Below, piece after piece: positions 32,545 through 42,434 of a stretch of 64,000 nt of DNA (position 1 is the stretch's first letter; every line of letters starts with the position of its first letter). A program made the position numbers and the translations under genes. Below the pieces are notes generated by a model. It saw only the letters and a list, made by a program, of their open reading frames with translations. It did no database searches and was not told the DNA's origin. This stretch comes from an uncultured Phycisphaerales bacterium (GTDB taxonomy: Bacteria > Planctomycetota > Phycisphaerae > Sedimentisphaerales > Anaerobacaceae), in assembly GCA_963772725.1 (NCBI GenBank), contig CAVYYI010000001.1:192001-256000 (forward strand). The letters run 5' to 3'.

Positions 32545-34845
32545 GTGATAAATATGCAGAACAAATCTCTTCTCACAACGGCAATAGTATTCCTGTTTTC
32601 ATTTCCACAAATAACAGAAAAATGTTTTGGTGATGCGAACGATTTATTTCAGAAAGCTGATGATTATATAAAAGTTAAGAACTATCAGCAGGCTGAAACG
32701 GTTTACAAGGATATAGTCCAGAAATATCCCGGCACAGATGATGCCTTAACCGCGAACAGCCGGCTTGCGGTGCTGTATATTTCCCAGAAAAAAAACAGCC
32801 AGGCGGATGCAATAGCAAATAACATGGTGAAAGATTTCCTGAATAATTCAAAATTATCGGAATCGCTTTATATTATCGCGCGAAGATATGCGGGCGCACA
32901 GAAATACGCAGAGGCGAAAGGGCTTTATCGTCGCATAATTGACCGTGACCCCAACAGCGAATATGCGGTCAAGTCTGCTATAGGTGCGGCCAAAATAGAC
33001 ATATTTGTTTTAATTGAAAATAACGACGACACCAAAGCCAAAACAGCGATTGATAAGTTAGCCGCGGATTTTTCTGGTAATCCGGATGCGGCAGCCGCGT
33101 TATATTATATCGCTGAAAAATATGTCAAACGTACTAAATATGAAATGGCAAACAGCCTTTATCAGAGAATAATAGAGCAATATCCGAACAGTCAGTACGC
33201 TGGTAAGGCAAAGTCCAACATCGCAAACAACAATGCTAAATTACCTGAAACCGCTGGTGCCAATGACTTATTTCAGAAGGCTGATAATTATGTAAAAACC
33301 AAGAACTATCAGCAGGCTGAAACAGCCTATAAAGACATAATTCAGCAGTATTCCGGCAAAGATGGTGCTTTAGCCGCAAACAGTAAACTGGCTGCATTAT
33401 ATTTTTCGCAAAAAAGATTCAATGATGTAGATACAATAGTAAATAATATGATAAATGACTTCTGGAATAACTCAAAATTGTCGGAAGAACTCTATGTTAT
33501 CGCAAGGAAATACTCCGGCGCACACAAATACGCGGAGGCAAAATGGCTTTATCAGCATGTAGTTGCCCGCGACCCCAACAACGGATATGCAATCAAATCG
33601 GCAATAGATATGGATAGAGTAGATATATTCGTCTCGATAGAGAATGGTAACGACCCAAAGGCCAAAGCTGCGATTGATAAATTGATAACTGATTTTCCCG
33701 GCAATCCATTTATAGCAACGGAACTCTACACTATTGCGGGAAAGTATGCGTTTTATAAAAATTATGAACAGGCAAACAGTTATTATCAGCGAATAATAGA
33801 ACAATACCCGGACAGCCAATATGCATCCAAAGCAAAATACGACATTGCAAAGAACAATGCCATATTACTGGTGGGCGACAGCAACAGTACGGCAACAGAT
33901 TCGGCGGTTAACAGGTTGGTTGCTGATTTTTCCGGAAATTCTGATTTAGCAAAGACGCTTAAGGTCATTGCCGAACAGTATCAGGTCAAGGGCAAATATG
34001 CACAGGCGCAAAAGATTTATCAGCAGCAAAGTAAATTGTTCCCGGATAATCCGGCGGTAAATAAAATCGATATCCCCAGGATAAATATTATGTGTCTTAT
34101 TGATACAGGTAAAATTGATGAGGCAGGGACGGAGCTTAATAAACTTATCGCTGATTTTAAAGGCAGTGTTGATTTGCCGAAAGCTTTGTATGAAATAGCA
34201 GGTGTGTATGAAAAGAACCGTAAATATTCCGAAACATTGAACGCTTACAAGCATATAATATCTTTAGCCGGCGAGAGTAGTATTTATGGCCGCAGGGCGA
34301 AACTTGGAATTGATAAGATTAATATTATTATGCTTATAAACAGCGGCCAGGATGACAAAGTCATCACAGCAGTTAATGAGATGATTATAGATTTTGTAGG
34401 TAGTAAGGAATTGCCGCCCGCGATATTCGCAACAGGAGAAACCTATTGCAATAAACCATATAAAGATGCCGCAGAGGAAAAGGAAAACATAACAAAAGGA
34501 ATAGCATTTGTAGATATGGTGGTCAAAGGATATCCGTCGAGTGGTCAGGCGCCGCAGGCCTGCTGTTATATTGGAGATTGCTATAACCGTATAGGCGATT
34601 ATGCAAATTCGATAACATATTATCAAAAGTCTGTTGATGGTTATCCGGGCTACCGGTCTAACTGGCATGCGCTGTTTATGATTGGCCGTAATTATGAAAC
34701 TATGCTGAAAGCAAGTCTTATTCCAATAGATGAAGCAAATTCGAAGATAAAAGCTGTCTATCAGCAGCTGATAGAGAAATATCCGGCGGCTCCGGCGGCA
34801 AAACCGGCGCAGAAATGGTTAAGCAAACAAAATTCTAAAAAATAA
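32545..34845 (+). CDS. secreted TPR-repeat protein (YbgF/BamD-like repeats) with internal 208-aa duplication
   Basis: Repeated A...Y..II..YP.S.YA units. The duplicated unit begins ANDLFQKAD at both 32635 and 33259. Confidence 0.85.
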   Translation: MINMQNKSLLTTAIVFLFSFPQITEKCFGDANDLFQKADDYIKVKNYQQAETVYKDIVQKYPGTDDALTANSRLAVLYISQKKNSQADAIANNMVKDFLNNSKLSESLYIIARRYAGAQKYAEAKGLYRRIIDRDPNSEYAVKSAIGAAKIDIFVLIENNDDTKAKTAIDKLAADFSGNPDAAAALYYIAEKYVKRTKYEMANSLYQRIIEQYPNSQYAGKAKSNIANNNAKLPETAGANDLFQKADNYVKTKNYQQAETAYKDIIQQYSGKDGALAANSKLAALYFSQKRFNDVDTIVNNMINDFWNNSKLSEELYVIARKYSGAHKYAEAKWLYQHVVARDPNNGYAIKSAIDMDRVDIFVSIENGNDPKAKAAIDKLITDFPGNPFIATELYTIAGKYAFYKNYEQANSYYQRIIEQYPDSQYASKAKYDIAKNNAILLVGDSNSTATDSAVNRLVADFSGNSDLAKTLKVIAEQYQVKGKYAQAQKIYQQQSKLFPDNPAVNKIDIPRINIMCLIDTGKIDEAGTELNKLIADFKGSVDLPKALYEIAGVYEKNRKYSETLNAYKHIISLAGESSIYGRRAKLGIDKINIIMLINSGQDDKVITAVNEMIIDFVGSKELPPAIFATGETYCNKPYKDAAEEKENITKGIAFVDMVVKGYPSSGQAPQACCYIGDCYNRIGDYANSITYYQKSVDGYPGYRSNWHALFMIGRNYETMLKASLIPIDEANSKIKAVYQQLIEKYPAAPAAKPAQKWLSKQNSKK

Positions 34846-34890
34846 TAAGTAGAAGAAACCGTTGAATTTTAAAAAATAAGGAGAAGAAGA

Positions 34891-37800
34891 ATGGAAACGA
34901 CGAAAAAACTATGTGCTGTAATTTTGGTTCTGGGTCTGCTTATTGTAAATCAGGCTTACGCGTGTACCGCCTGGCCAACTGTGATTCTGGTAGTTACACC
35001 GAACCCTATAACAAACGGGCACAGTACAACGCTGGATGGAAGTGATTCCTACGATTACTATGGCGACACTATCGTGAAATACGAATTTGATTTTGAGTAT
35101 AATGGGACATTTAGCGCTGATTATACTGAAACAAGCAGTAACCACCCGGATGGCGCCTTCGACGGCATAACGACACATACGTATAATAGAGCAGGCACGC
35201 ATACAGCGGCATTGAGGGTTACCGATAATGGCACTCCTCCTCTTAATTATGGTACTGGCACGTGCGCAGTTTACGTAAGGCCAATATATGTTCCCGATGA
35301 TAATGACACAATTCAGGCGGCAATTAACCATGCTGTCAACGAAAATACCGTTGCCGTCAGACCAGGTACATATAGAGGCAGCGGCAACAGGGACCTTGAT
35401 TTCAATGGTAAGAATATAACGGTTTGCGGCACAGACCCGAACGACTGGGAGGTCATAGCGAAAACAATTATTGACTGCAACGGCACAAGAGCTAATCCGT
35501 ACAGGGGATTCTGCTTCGATGACGCCAATGAGGATAATGACTCGATAGTCGCTGGCTTTACAATAACCAACGGCTACGGGAAATACATAGATGCACCGTT
35601 GTATAACTATGTGGGAGGAGCCATATATTGTACAGGCAGCAGCCCGACAATCAAAAACTGCCTGATTACCAAAAATATGAATGATACGGATAATTACGAT
35701 GTCCAGGCCGGTGGTATAGCCTGCTACAATAACGCTAATCCGAAAATAATCAACTGTATTATCACTGAAAATGGCGGTACTTATTCTTCCTATGGTGAAG
35801 GAATAATGTGCAGTTATTCCAGCCCTGCGATTACAGGCTGTGTTATAGCCAAAAACTCTCTGTATTCCGCTGGTATTTACTCTTACGAGGGTGCTCCAAG
35901 ATTACCAACTGCACGGTAGCGGAGAATTATTACGGCTTTTGCAGTTACAGTTATGATCCCAACACAGAAGTAACCAACAGTATATTCTGGGGCAGTAACA
36001 GTGGTAGTGAAATTTCATATTATACAGAGCCGAACATCACCTACTGCAACATAAAAAACTGGACAGGCGGCGGCACGGGCAACATAGCCAGCGACCCGTG
36101 CTTTATAGATGCTAATTATCCTAAAGGCAGGGATGGTATGTTGGGTACTTATGATGACGGGCTTAACCTGCGGACTGTCAGCTGGTGTCTCGATGCGGGA
36201 AGCAATACGGCTATTGACAATACTGGTGCGAGCGCTGATATACTGCAAAATATACGCAAGAATGACGGCGACCATAACAGCACAAACGTTGTGGATATGG
36301 GCGCTTATGAGTTGCCGACAATCTGGTATGTCGATAAGAATGCGTCGGGCAGCGATAACGGTAAGTCATGGGCTAACGCCTATGACGACCTTCAGGACGC
36401 TCTTAATGACGCCAATATCGATTCGGGCGATGAAATCTGGGTAGCTAACGGTATTTATAAGCCTACCAGCACAAATGACCGTACAATTTCATTTGAGCTT
36501 ATCGAAGGTGTAGGGATGTACGGCGGATTCGTTGGCGATGTAACTCTGTTCGGTGGATATGAAGGCAGTACTACCAGAATTGAACGTATGCTGAGTTCTG
36601 TGCCAGGAGATTCGACAGTATATAAAACAATTCTCAGCGGTGATATTGGAACTGTGGGGACTCAAAATGATAACAGTTATCACGTGGTAAAAGGTGCGGA
36701 TGACGCGATTATTGATGGCTTTACTATTACCGCTGGGTACACCAGAACCGATAGTTTTTACGGCAATCACTGGGGCGGCGGGATGTACAACTACGGTGTC
36801 AGTCCGATAGTGCGCAACTGTGTTTTTACGGCCAACTACGGTTTTGTTGGTGCGGCCATCTCTAACTCTTATTGCCCCAGGCCTGTTATAAGCAATTGTA
36901 TTTTCAGTGACAATACATCCACTTATGGCACAATATATATAGGCGATTCCTCGAATGGTACGAATAATTCGACAATTACTAATTGTGTATTCTGCGATAA
37001 TTCAGCCTCGTATGGCGGCGGCGGGATATATCTTGTGATGAGTGAGCCGAATATTATTAATTGTACATTTGTCGGCAATTCAGCATACTACGGTGGAAGT
37101 ATATATAACTCCCAGTCTTTGCCTTTGCTTGCAAACTGTATCCTCTGGGGTAACACTGCATCAGTCAAGCCAAAAGAGATATATAAAACATGGGTAGGCG
37201 ACCCGAACATAAGATTCTGCGATATCGATGACAGCAATGGCAGCGGGGCCAACTGGGACACGCGATTAGGCCATGATGGCGGGCATAACATTGACAGGAA
37301 TCCGTGGTTTTTGGATTCCAACGACCCCAACGGCAAAGACAATGTATTTTTCACGCTTGATGACGGGCTGCGAGTAACACAGAATGGAGATTTGTGCATC
37401 GATGCGGCGGACGGCAATGTCGCGTCTGACAGGGATATAAGGGGTAAATCACGGGTTGATTTTTACTCAATTACAAATAAAGGCCATGGCAGGATTACTT
37501 ATGCCGACCTTGGCGCCTATGAGTCGGTTGGTATTGCCGGAGGTGTTAAAGAGCAAAGGATTTCGAGCGGAATATTTCATAGTCTGGTTGCAGAAACGGA
37601 TAAGACGGCATGGTCCTGCGGGACAGACATCGGTCCTTACGGTATGGGATATGTTGGCTTGTTGGGAAATATGGATCCAGGAAGCAGTTCTAATGTTCTT
37701 ACTGAGGTGCATTCCGGACGCCAGCCGGGTTCCGAATATTCCGATCAACTCAAAAATATCGTTTTCGTCGATGCGGGTTTTGTACACTCCATGGCAATAT

Positions 37801-38804
37801 GTGCCGATGGCCGTGTCTGGTCATGGGGAGACGATACCTTTGACGAAGCGGGAAGTTATTATAATGAATGGGGTGAGCCTTATATTGCACCTGTGCCGGT
37901 TTTGAACGAATCTATTTCTGATTATCATGCTAAAGATCTCGTCGAAGTAGCGGTCAGCAGAGGTTCCGATATAGGTGAGTATTCTCTTACTCTGGATGAA
38001 GACGGCCATGTCTGGGCTTATGGATGTAATGACTACGGCCAACTTGGAGTAGGCAGCTTTGCCTGGTCTGGGAATATACCACTTCATGTTGTTGATGGCG
38101 ATATGGATACAACGACAGGTTACCTGGAAAAGATAACAGATATTGATGTGGGAATGACGCATTCAATAGCATTGGATAAGGATGGTTATGTATGGTGCTG
38201 GGGCAGCAATTACTGCGGGGAACTTGGGATTGGTTCTTTTACCGGCCTTTATACTGCCCCTGTTCAGGTTACTGATGGCTACTCTTCTTACCTTGGAAAC
38301 ATCACTGCTGTTACTGCCTGTGCCGGCAGGCCTGATATGGGTAATGCGCAACACGCGGCTTCCTATGCTCTGGATTGCAATCAAAATGTCTGGGCATGGG
38401 GTAAGAATGATTATGGCCAACTTGGTATTGATAGTACAACCGATTCTTCTGTCCCTGTTCAGGTTAAAGGACTTGGAGGCAGTGGTTATCTGTCGAATAT
38501 TACTATGATATCCGGAGGAGATATTCACGTTCTTGCGCTGGATGAAGATGGTTATGTCTGGGCGTGGGGTTATAACGGCTATGGCCAGCTCGGCAATGGG
38601 ACTACAAATGATTCATTAACACCTGTAAAGGTAAAAAAGGATTCGAGTAATTACCTGACGGATATTGTATCTATCTCATCTGGTTCCTATGGTTCCATGG
38701 CTATAGATTCTTCCGGCGACATCTGGTGCTGGGGATGGAATGGTTATGGCCAACTGGGACTTGGCGATTATGACAGCAGGAGTTATGCAACACAGATGGA
38801 TTAG
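34891..38804 (+). CDS. secreted PKD + right-handed beta-helix + RCC1-repeat protein (frameshift near 35895)
   Basis: Signal peptide and a PKD-like region (LDGSDSYD...HTY..AGTHTAALRVTD). GGAI/NC-type beta-helix repeats and D(M/L)GAYE motifs follow. RCC1 repeats read VW(A/C)WG.N.YGQLG. Confidence 0.8.
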
Positions 38805-38823
38805 ATAAATTACAGTCAGAATA

Positions 38824-38863
38824 AAAATGCGGCAGAAGTCTTAACCGGCCTCTGCCGCATTTT
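38824..38863 (+). terminator. rho-independent terminator (possibly bidirectional)
   Basis: AAAATGCGGCAGA / TCTGCCGCATTTT inverted repeat just after the stop at 38804. Confidence 0.8.
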
Positions 38864-38940
38864 GGGAAATTCTGTTTAAATACCGTGTTTTAATCTTTGC
38901 TGTTTATATCGACTTTATGTGATAAAATCAAAAACATTAT

Positions 38941-39004
38941 GTCGCAAAGTGGTTATAAATTGACGCAAAGTGATATTTACAGTTGAGTATGGTTATGTTA
39001 AAGT
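38941..39004 (+). promoter_or_regulatory. 21-bp direct-repeat operator + promoter, copy 4 (prepilin-like cassette 1)
   Basis: CGCAAAGT (38943), CGCAAAGT (38964), TTTACA (38976), a 17-bp spacer, then TAAAGT (38999). Confidence 0.8.
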
Positions 39005-39178
39005 GCTATTGATTGAAGGATATTTAGGATTTGCGGCGATCGCCTTTTTGCAGGTTATATGTTAAAGAAAAAAAATTTACAAATATGCGATATTTTATGG
39101 AACAGAACAGTGGTATTGTGCATCTTATAACAAGGTAGATGATAAAGAAATAATACAAAAAATAGGATAGGAGTTAAA

Positions 39179-40026
39179 ATGAAAAGAAAACAGGCGTTTA
39201 CTCTTATTGAATTGCTTGTGGTCATAGCGATTATAGCTTTGCTGATGTCTATCCTGATGCCTGCATTATCAAAAGTGAAAAAGCAGGCACAGATCGCTCT
39301 TGCTTATCACAGCTTCATCAATGGGGGCTTGTGTATTCAATGTACACAGGCGATAATGACGGTTATTTCTCGCGGGGCTGGTCATCGGACCCCCTTGACG
39401 ACGGATATAAGCATGGACATTATGTATGGATTAACTGTCTTGAGCCTTATTACAAGAACTGGAAACTCCGAATTTGTCCCGCTACTTCGCTTAAAAAACT
39501 AGTTGAAATTGATTGGGCTGCTAATACTGTAACGGGAACCCAGGGGCCGGATATAGTTTATGTTGAATACAACAGACAGAATGGTGAGGAACTGGATGGC
39601 AAGTTCATTAGTTTAACAGAAAACGTTTGGGTTAATAATTCAAAGGATACCTCAGTTACTAACGCACCTTTGTACTGGCGAAACATCAATAGTGGTACCA
39701 AGGGTCAAGCTAATAATATTCCCATTCTTGCGGATGGTCAGTTCTGGCTGACTCGTGCGAAACATACTGATTTTGCACCTGAATGGGATGGCCAATTTCT
39801 TTGGGAAAATGCAAGTAAAAATGGCGAGATGTGCAGGGTCTGCAACAGCCGGCACGGTCAATTCACAAATGGTGTTTTTATGGATTTGTCCGCGAGAAAA
39901 CTCGGCCTAAAACAATTATGGAAACTGAAATGGCACCGAAGATTTGACACTACTATGGGGCCGGTTAGCGGATTAAAATGGCCAAGCGGCTGGTCAGAAT
40001 GGATGAAAGATTTGAAAGATTATTAA
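39179..40026 (+). CDS. prepilin-type N-terminal methylation domain protein (DUF1559/H-X9-DG-like), cassette 1 (frameshift near 39298)
   Basis: N-terminus MKRKQAFTLIELLVVIAIIALLMSILMP. C-terminal SRHGQFTNGVFMD and RKLGLKQLWKLKWHR. The pieces are ORFs 39179-39502 and 39331-40026. Confidence 0.85.
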
Positions 40027-40100
40027 TTATCTGTGCCAGCGTTATTTAAAAAATCAATTTGTATAAGTTATAAGGGTATTTTGGGCAAAACTATCGCGTT

Positions 40101-40164
40101 GCCGCAAAAGGGTTAAGATTTTACACAAAATAGTGTTGACTTTTGCTGTTTGAAACCGCATAAT
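40101..40164 (+). promoter_or_regulatory. 21-bp direct-repeat operator + promoter, copy 5 (cassette 2)
   Basis: CGCAAAAG (40103), CACAAAAT (40124), TTGACT (40136), a 17-bp spacer, then CATAAT (40159). Confidence 0.8.
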
Positions 40165-40340
40165 ATAGGTATAGGGCCTTAACCCGATGAGCAAATAAGC
40201 AAGCGGAGAAGGGCAGAGACGATTTAGAATGTTTTGTAATGAAGGAGTAAGAAGGAAATGAAAAGAAAACAGGCGTTTACTCTTATTGAATTGCTTGTCG
40301 TTATAGCTATTATAGCATTGCTGATGTCTATCCTGATGCC
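40135..40340 (+). repeat. ~205-bp near-identical direct repeat (promoter + 5'UTR + prepilin N-terminus), copy A
   Basis: Matches 41145-41351 with only a handful of differences. Confidence 0.92.
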
Positions 40341-41057
40341 GTCGTTGGCGAAAGTGAAAAAGCAGGCGCAAACGGTAGTATGCGGGTCTGGCACCAAGCA
40401 ATTAGGCCTTGCCTTTGAAATGTACCTGGGAGACAATAAAAGTATTTATCCTTTGGGGTGGGTTAACGTAGCAAGTAGTCACGGAGAAGATTTGTGGTTT
40501 GTGGCATTGAAACCCTATTATAAGGACAAAAAAGTGCTTATTTGTCCCTCAACCAGCGATAAGAAAGAAGGTATATTTGGTGTAATGCGATGCGGCACAA
40601 ATGGTGTCCTTGACCCTGTCTTTCATATTAACGAGAAATATGTTCTTAGCTACACGATTAATGGATACTGCCAAAGCTTTGAAAACCCCGTAAACTATCA
40701 GAATAGGTGGAGGACTGCCAATCAGAAAAATCCTCACAATATTCCTGTCCTTACCGATGGAGCCTATAATTTTCAGTCCAGGATGGTTAATGCATATGAT
40801 TCTCCTCCGCCGTACGAAGGTGCCGGAGGGTCAGCTGGAAGCGGTATAGGCTGGAATTGTATAAACCGGCATTCTGGTTATGTGAGTGCTCTTTTTATGG
40901 ATGGCAGTTATCGAAAGGTCGGCTCAAGGAGCTTTGGACATTAAAATGGTCGAAAGTTTTTGATACCAGGGGTCCTTGGACTGTTGCCGGCGGCGTAGCG
41001 CCAGGTATGTGGGCGTCCGCAGGTGCACCATGGCTCGAAGAGTTCAAGAATTATTAA
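40258..41057 (+). CDS. prepilin-type N-terminal methylation domain protein (DUF1559/H-X9-DG-like), cassette 2 (frameshift near 40922)
   Basis: Same N-terminus as cassette 1, plus NRHSGYVSALFMDGS. The sequence continues as LKELWTLKW...FKNY in ORF 40857-41057. Confidence 0.85.
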
Positions 41058-41110
41058 ATATTTAACCATTGTTTTTATCTGCGGTTAAGGAATTATGGGG
41101 CTATGGGTCT

Positions 41111-41174
41111 GCCGTAAAATGGTTATAGATTGACGCAAAATGGCGTTGACTTTTGCTGTTTGAAGCCGCATAAT
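41111..41174 (+). promoter_or_regulatory. 21-bp direct-repeat operator + promoter, copy 6 (cassette 3)
   Basis: CGTAAAAT (41113), CGCAAAAT (41134), TTGACT (41146), a 17-bp spacer, then CATAAT (41169). Confidence 0.85.
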
Positions 41175-41351
41175 ATTAGGTATAGGGCCTTAACTCGATG
41201 AGCAAATAAGCAAGCGGAGAAGGGCAGAGACGATTTAGAACGTGTTTTAATGAAGGAGTAAGAAGGAAATGAAAAGAAAACAGGCGTTTACTCTTATTGA
41301 ATTGCTTGTCGTCATAGCTATTATAGCATTGCTGATGTCTATCCTGATGCC
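41145..41351 (+). repeat. ~205-bp near-identical direct repeat, copy B
   Basis: Matches 40135-40340. Confidence 0.92.
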
Positions 41352-42093
41352 CGCATTAGCGAAAGTAAAGAAGCAAGCTAAAGCTGTCGTGTGTCTTAGT
41401 AACCACGGTCAGTGGGGTAAGGTATTTTTAATGTATGCCGGTGACAACGATAGCAGCTTTACCGGGGAGTGGCTTTCAATTGCTCAAAGTAATGGCGGAC
41501 ACGACATCTGGGTTGAGGCATTACGGCCTTACTATAAAAACGATAAACTGCTTCTTTGCCCATCAGCGACCAGAACAGCAGAAGAAGGAGCTGCTTCACC
41601 TTACAAGGCATGGGGAGTATTTCCATCAGATACTCCTTATGGAGGCGTAGCAGGCAAGCGCGGCAGTTATATGATAAATTGGTGGGCAACGAATCCTTAT
41701 GACTATCCAGCACATTCATTCTATAAACATTCTTTTTATACGCCGAGATTGTGGAAGACAATAGATGTTAAAAGCCCTCAGAAAATACCAGTACTTGGTG
41801 CAGGCGGAGCGGTTTGGCGGGCTTCCCCTGACTCCACTGATAATCTGCCTGAGTTCGATGGCGATGAGTCTTGGGGTACCGGGTGCAGTATGCCGAGGTT
41901 TTCTTTAAATCGCCATGAACTTGGTTATACACACGTATTATTTATGGACTGGTCGGTACGCAAGGTTGGCCTTAAAGAACTCTGGACTCTAAAGTGGCAT
42001 CGGCTTTACGACACTCGTAACCGTCATACCCTTGCGGGTGGTGCTGTATCAGCGGAATGGCCGGAATGGATGAGGGGATTCAAGGATTATTGA
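41269..42093 (+). CDS. prepilin-type N-terminal methylation domain protein (DUF1559/H-X9-DG-like), cassette 3
   Basis: Intact 274-aa ORF with the same N-terminus, plus LLLCPSA, NRHELGYTHVLFMDWS and RKVGLKELWTLKWHR. Confidence 0.9.
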   Translation: MKRKQAFTLIELLVVIAIIALLMSILMPALAKVKKQAKAVVCLSNHGQWGKVFLMYAGDNDSSFTGEWLSIAQSNGGHDIWVEALRPYYKNDKLLLCPSATRTAEEGAASPYKAWGVFPSDTPYGGVAGKRGSYMINWWATNPYDYPAHSFYKHSFYTPRLWKTIDVKSPQKIPVLGAGGAVWRASPDSTDNLPEFDGDESWGTGCSMPRFSLNRHELGYTHVLFMDWSVRKVGLKELWTLKWHRLYDTRNRHTLAGGAVSAEWPEWMRGFKDY

Positions 42094-42253
42094 TATAACA
42101 GTTGTTTAGCAAATCATCTGTTTGCCAAAGATAGGTGTAGTATCCTACCGTATAGTTTGCAGCACAATTTATGTGTTTTTTAACAGATAGGTAAAACTAT
42201 CTGGATGTGAATAAAAAATCAGCGTGTCTTTTCCTCCTTTTTTTAGTAAGCCA

Positions 42254-42317
42254 GTCGTAAAATGGTTATAGATTGACGCAAAATGGCGTTGCTTTATCGG
42301 ATGTCGCTTGTTATAAT
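42254..42317 (+). promoter_or_regulatory. 21-bp direct-repeat operator + promoter, copy 7 (giant modular enzyme operon)
   Basis: CGTAAAAT (42256), CGCAAAAT (42277), TTGCTT (42289), a 17-bp spacer, then TATAAT (42312). Confidence 0.85.
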
Positions 42318-42434
42318 AGCTTCTATGTGTAACTATATTGTTAAACGGAGGCTTTGCGGCTTCTGTCCAATTTTAGTTTTCTTTGGTATCTTTTTTAAAA
42401 AAGTAAACCATAAGTTTTAATGAGGAGGCGTAAT

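Noticed and set aside
22209..42317. Recurrent ~40-bp motif as CRISPR repeats or integron attC sites
   Set aside because: The copies are kilobases apart, are direct-repeat rather than palindromic, and are phased with -35/-10 boxes. There are no cas genes or integron integrase in the window.
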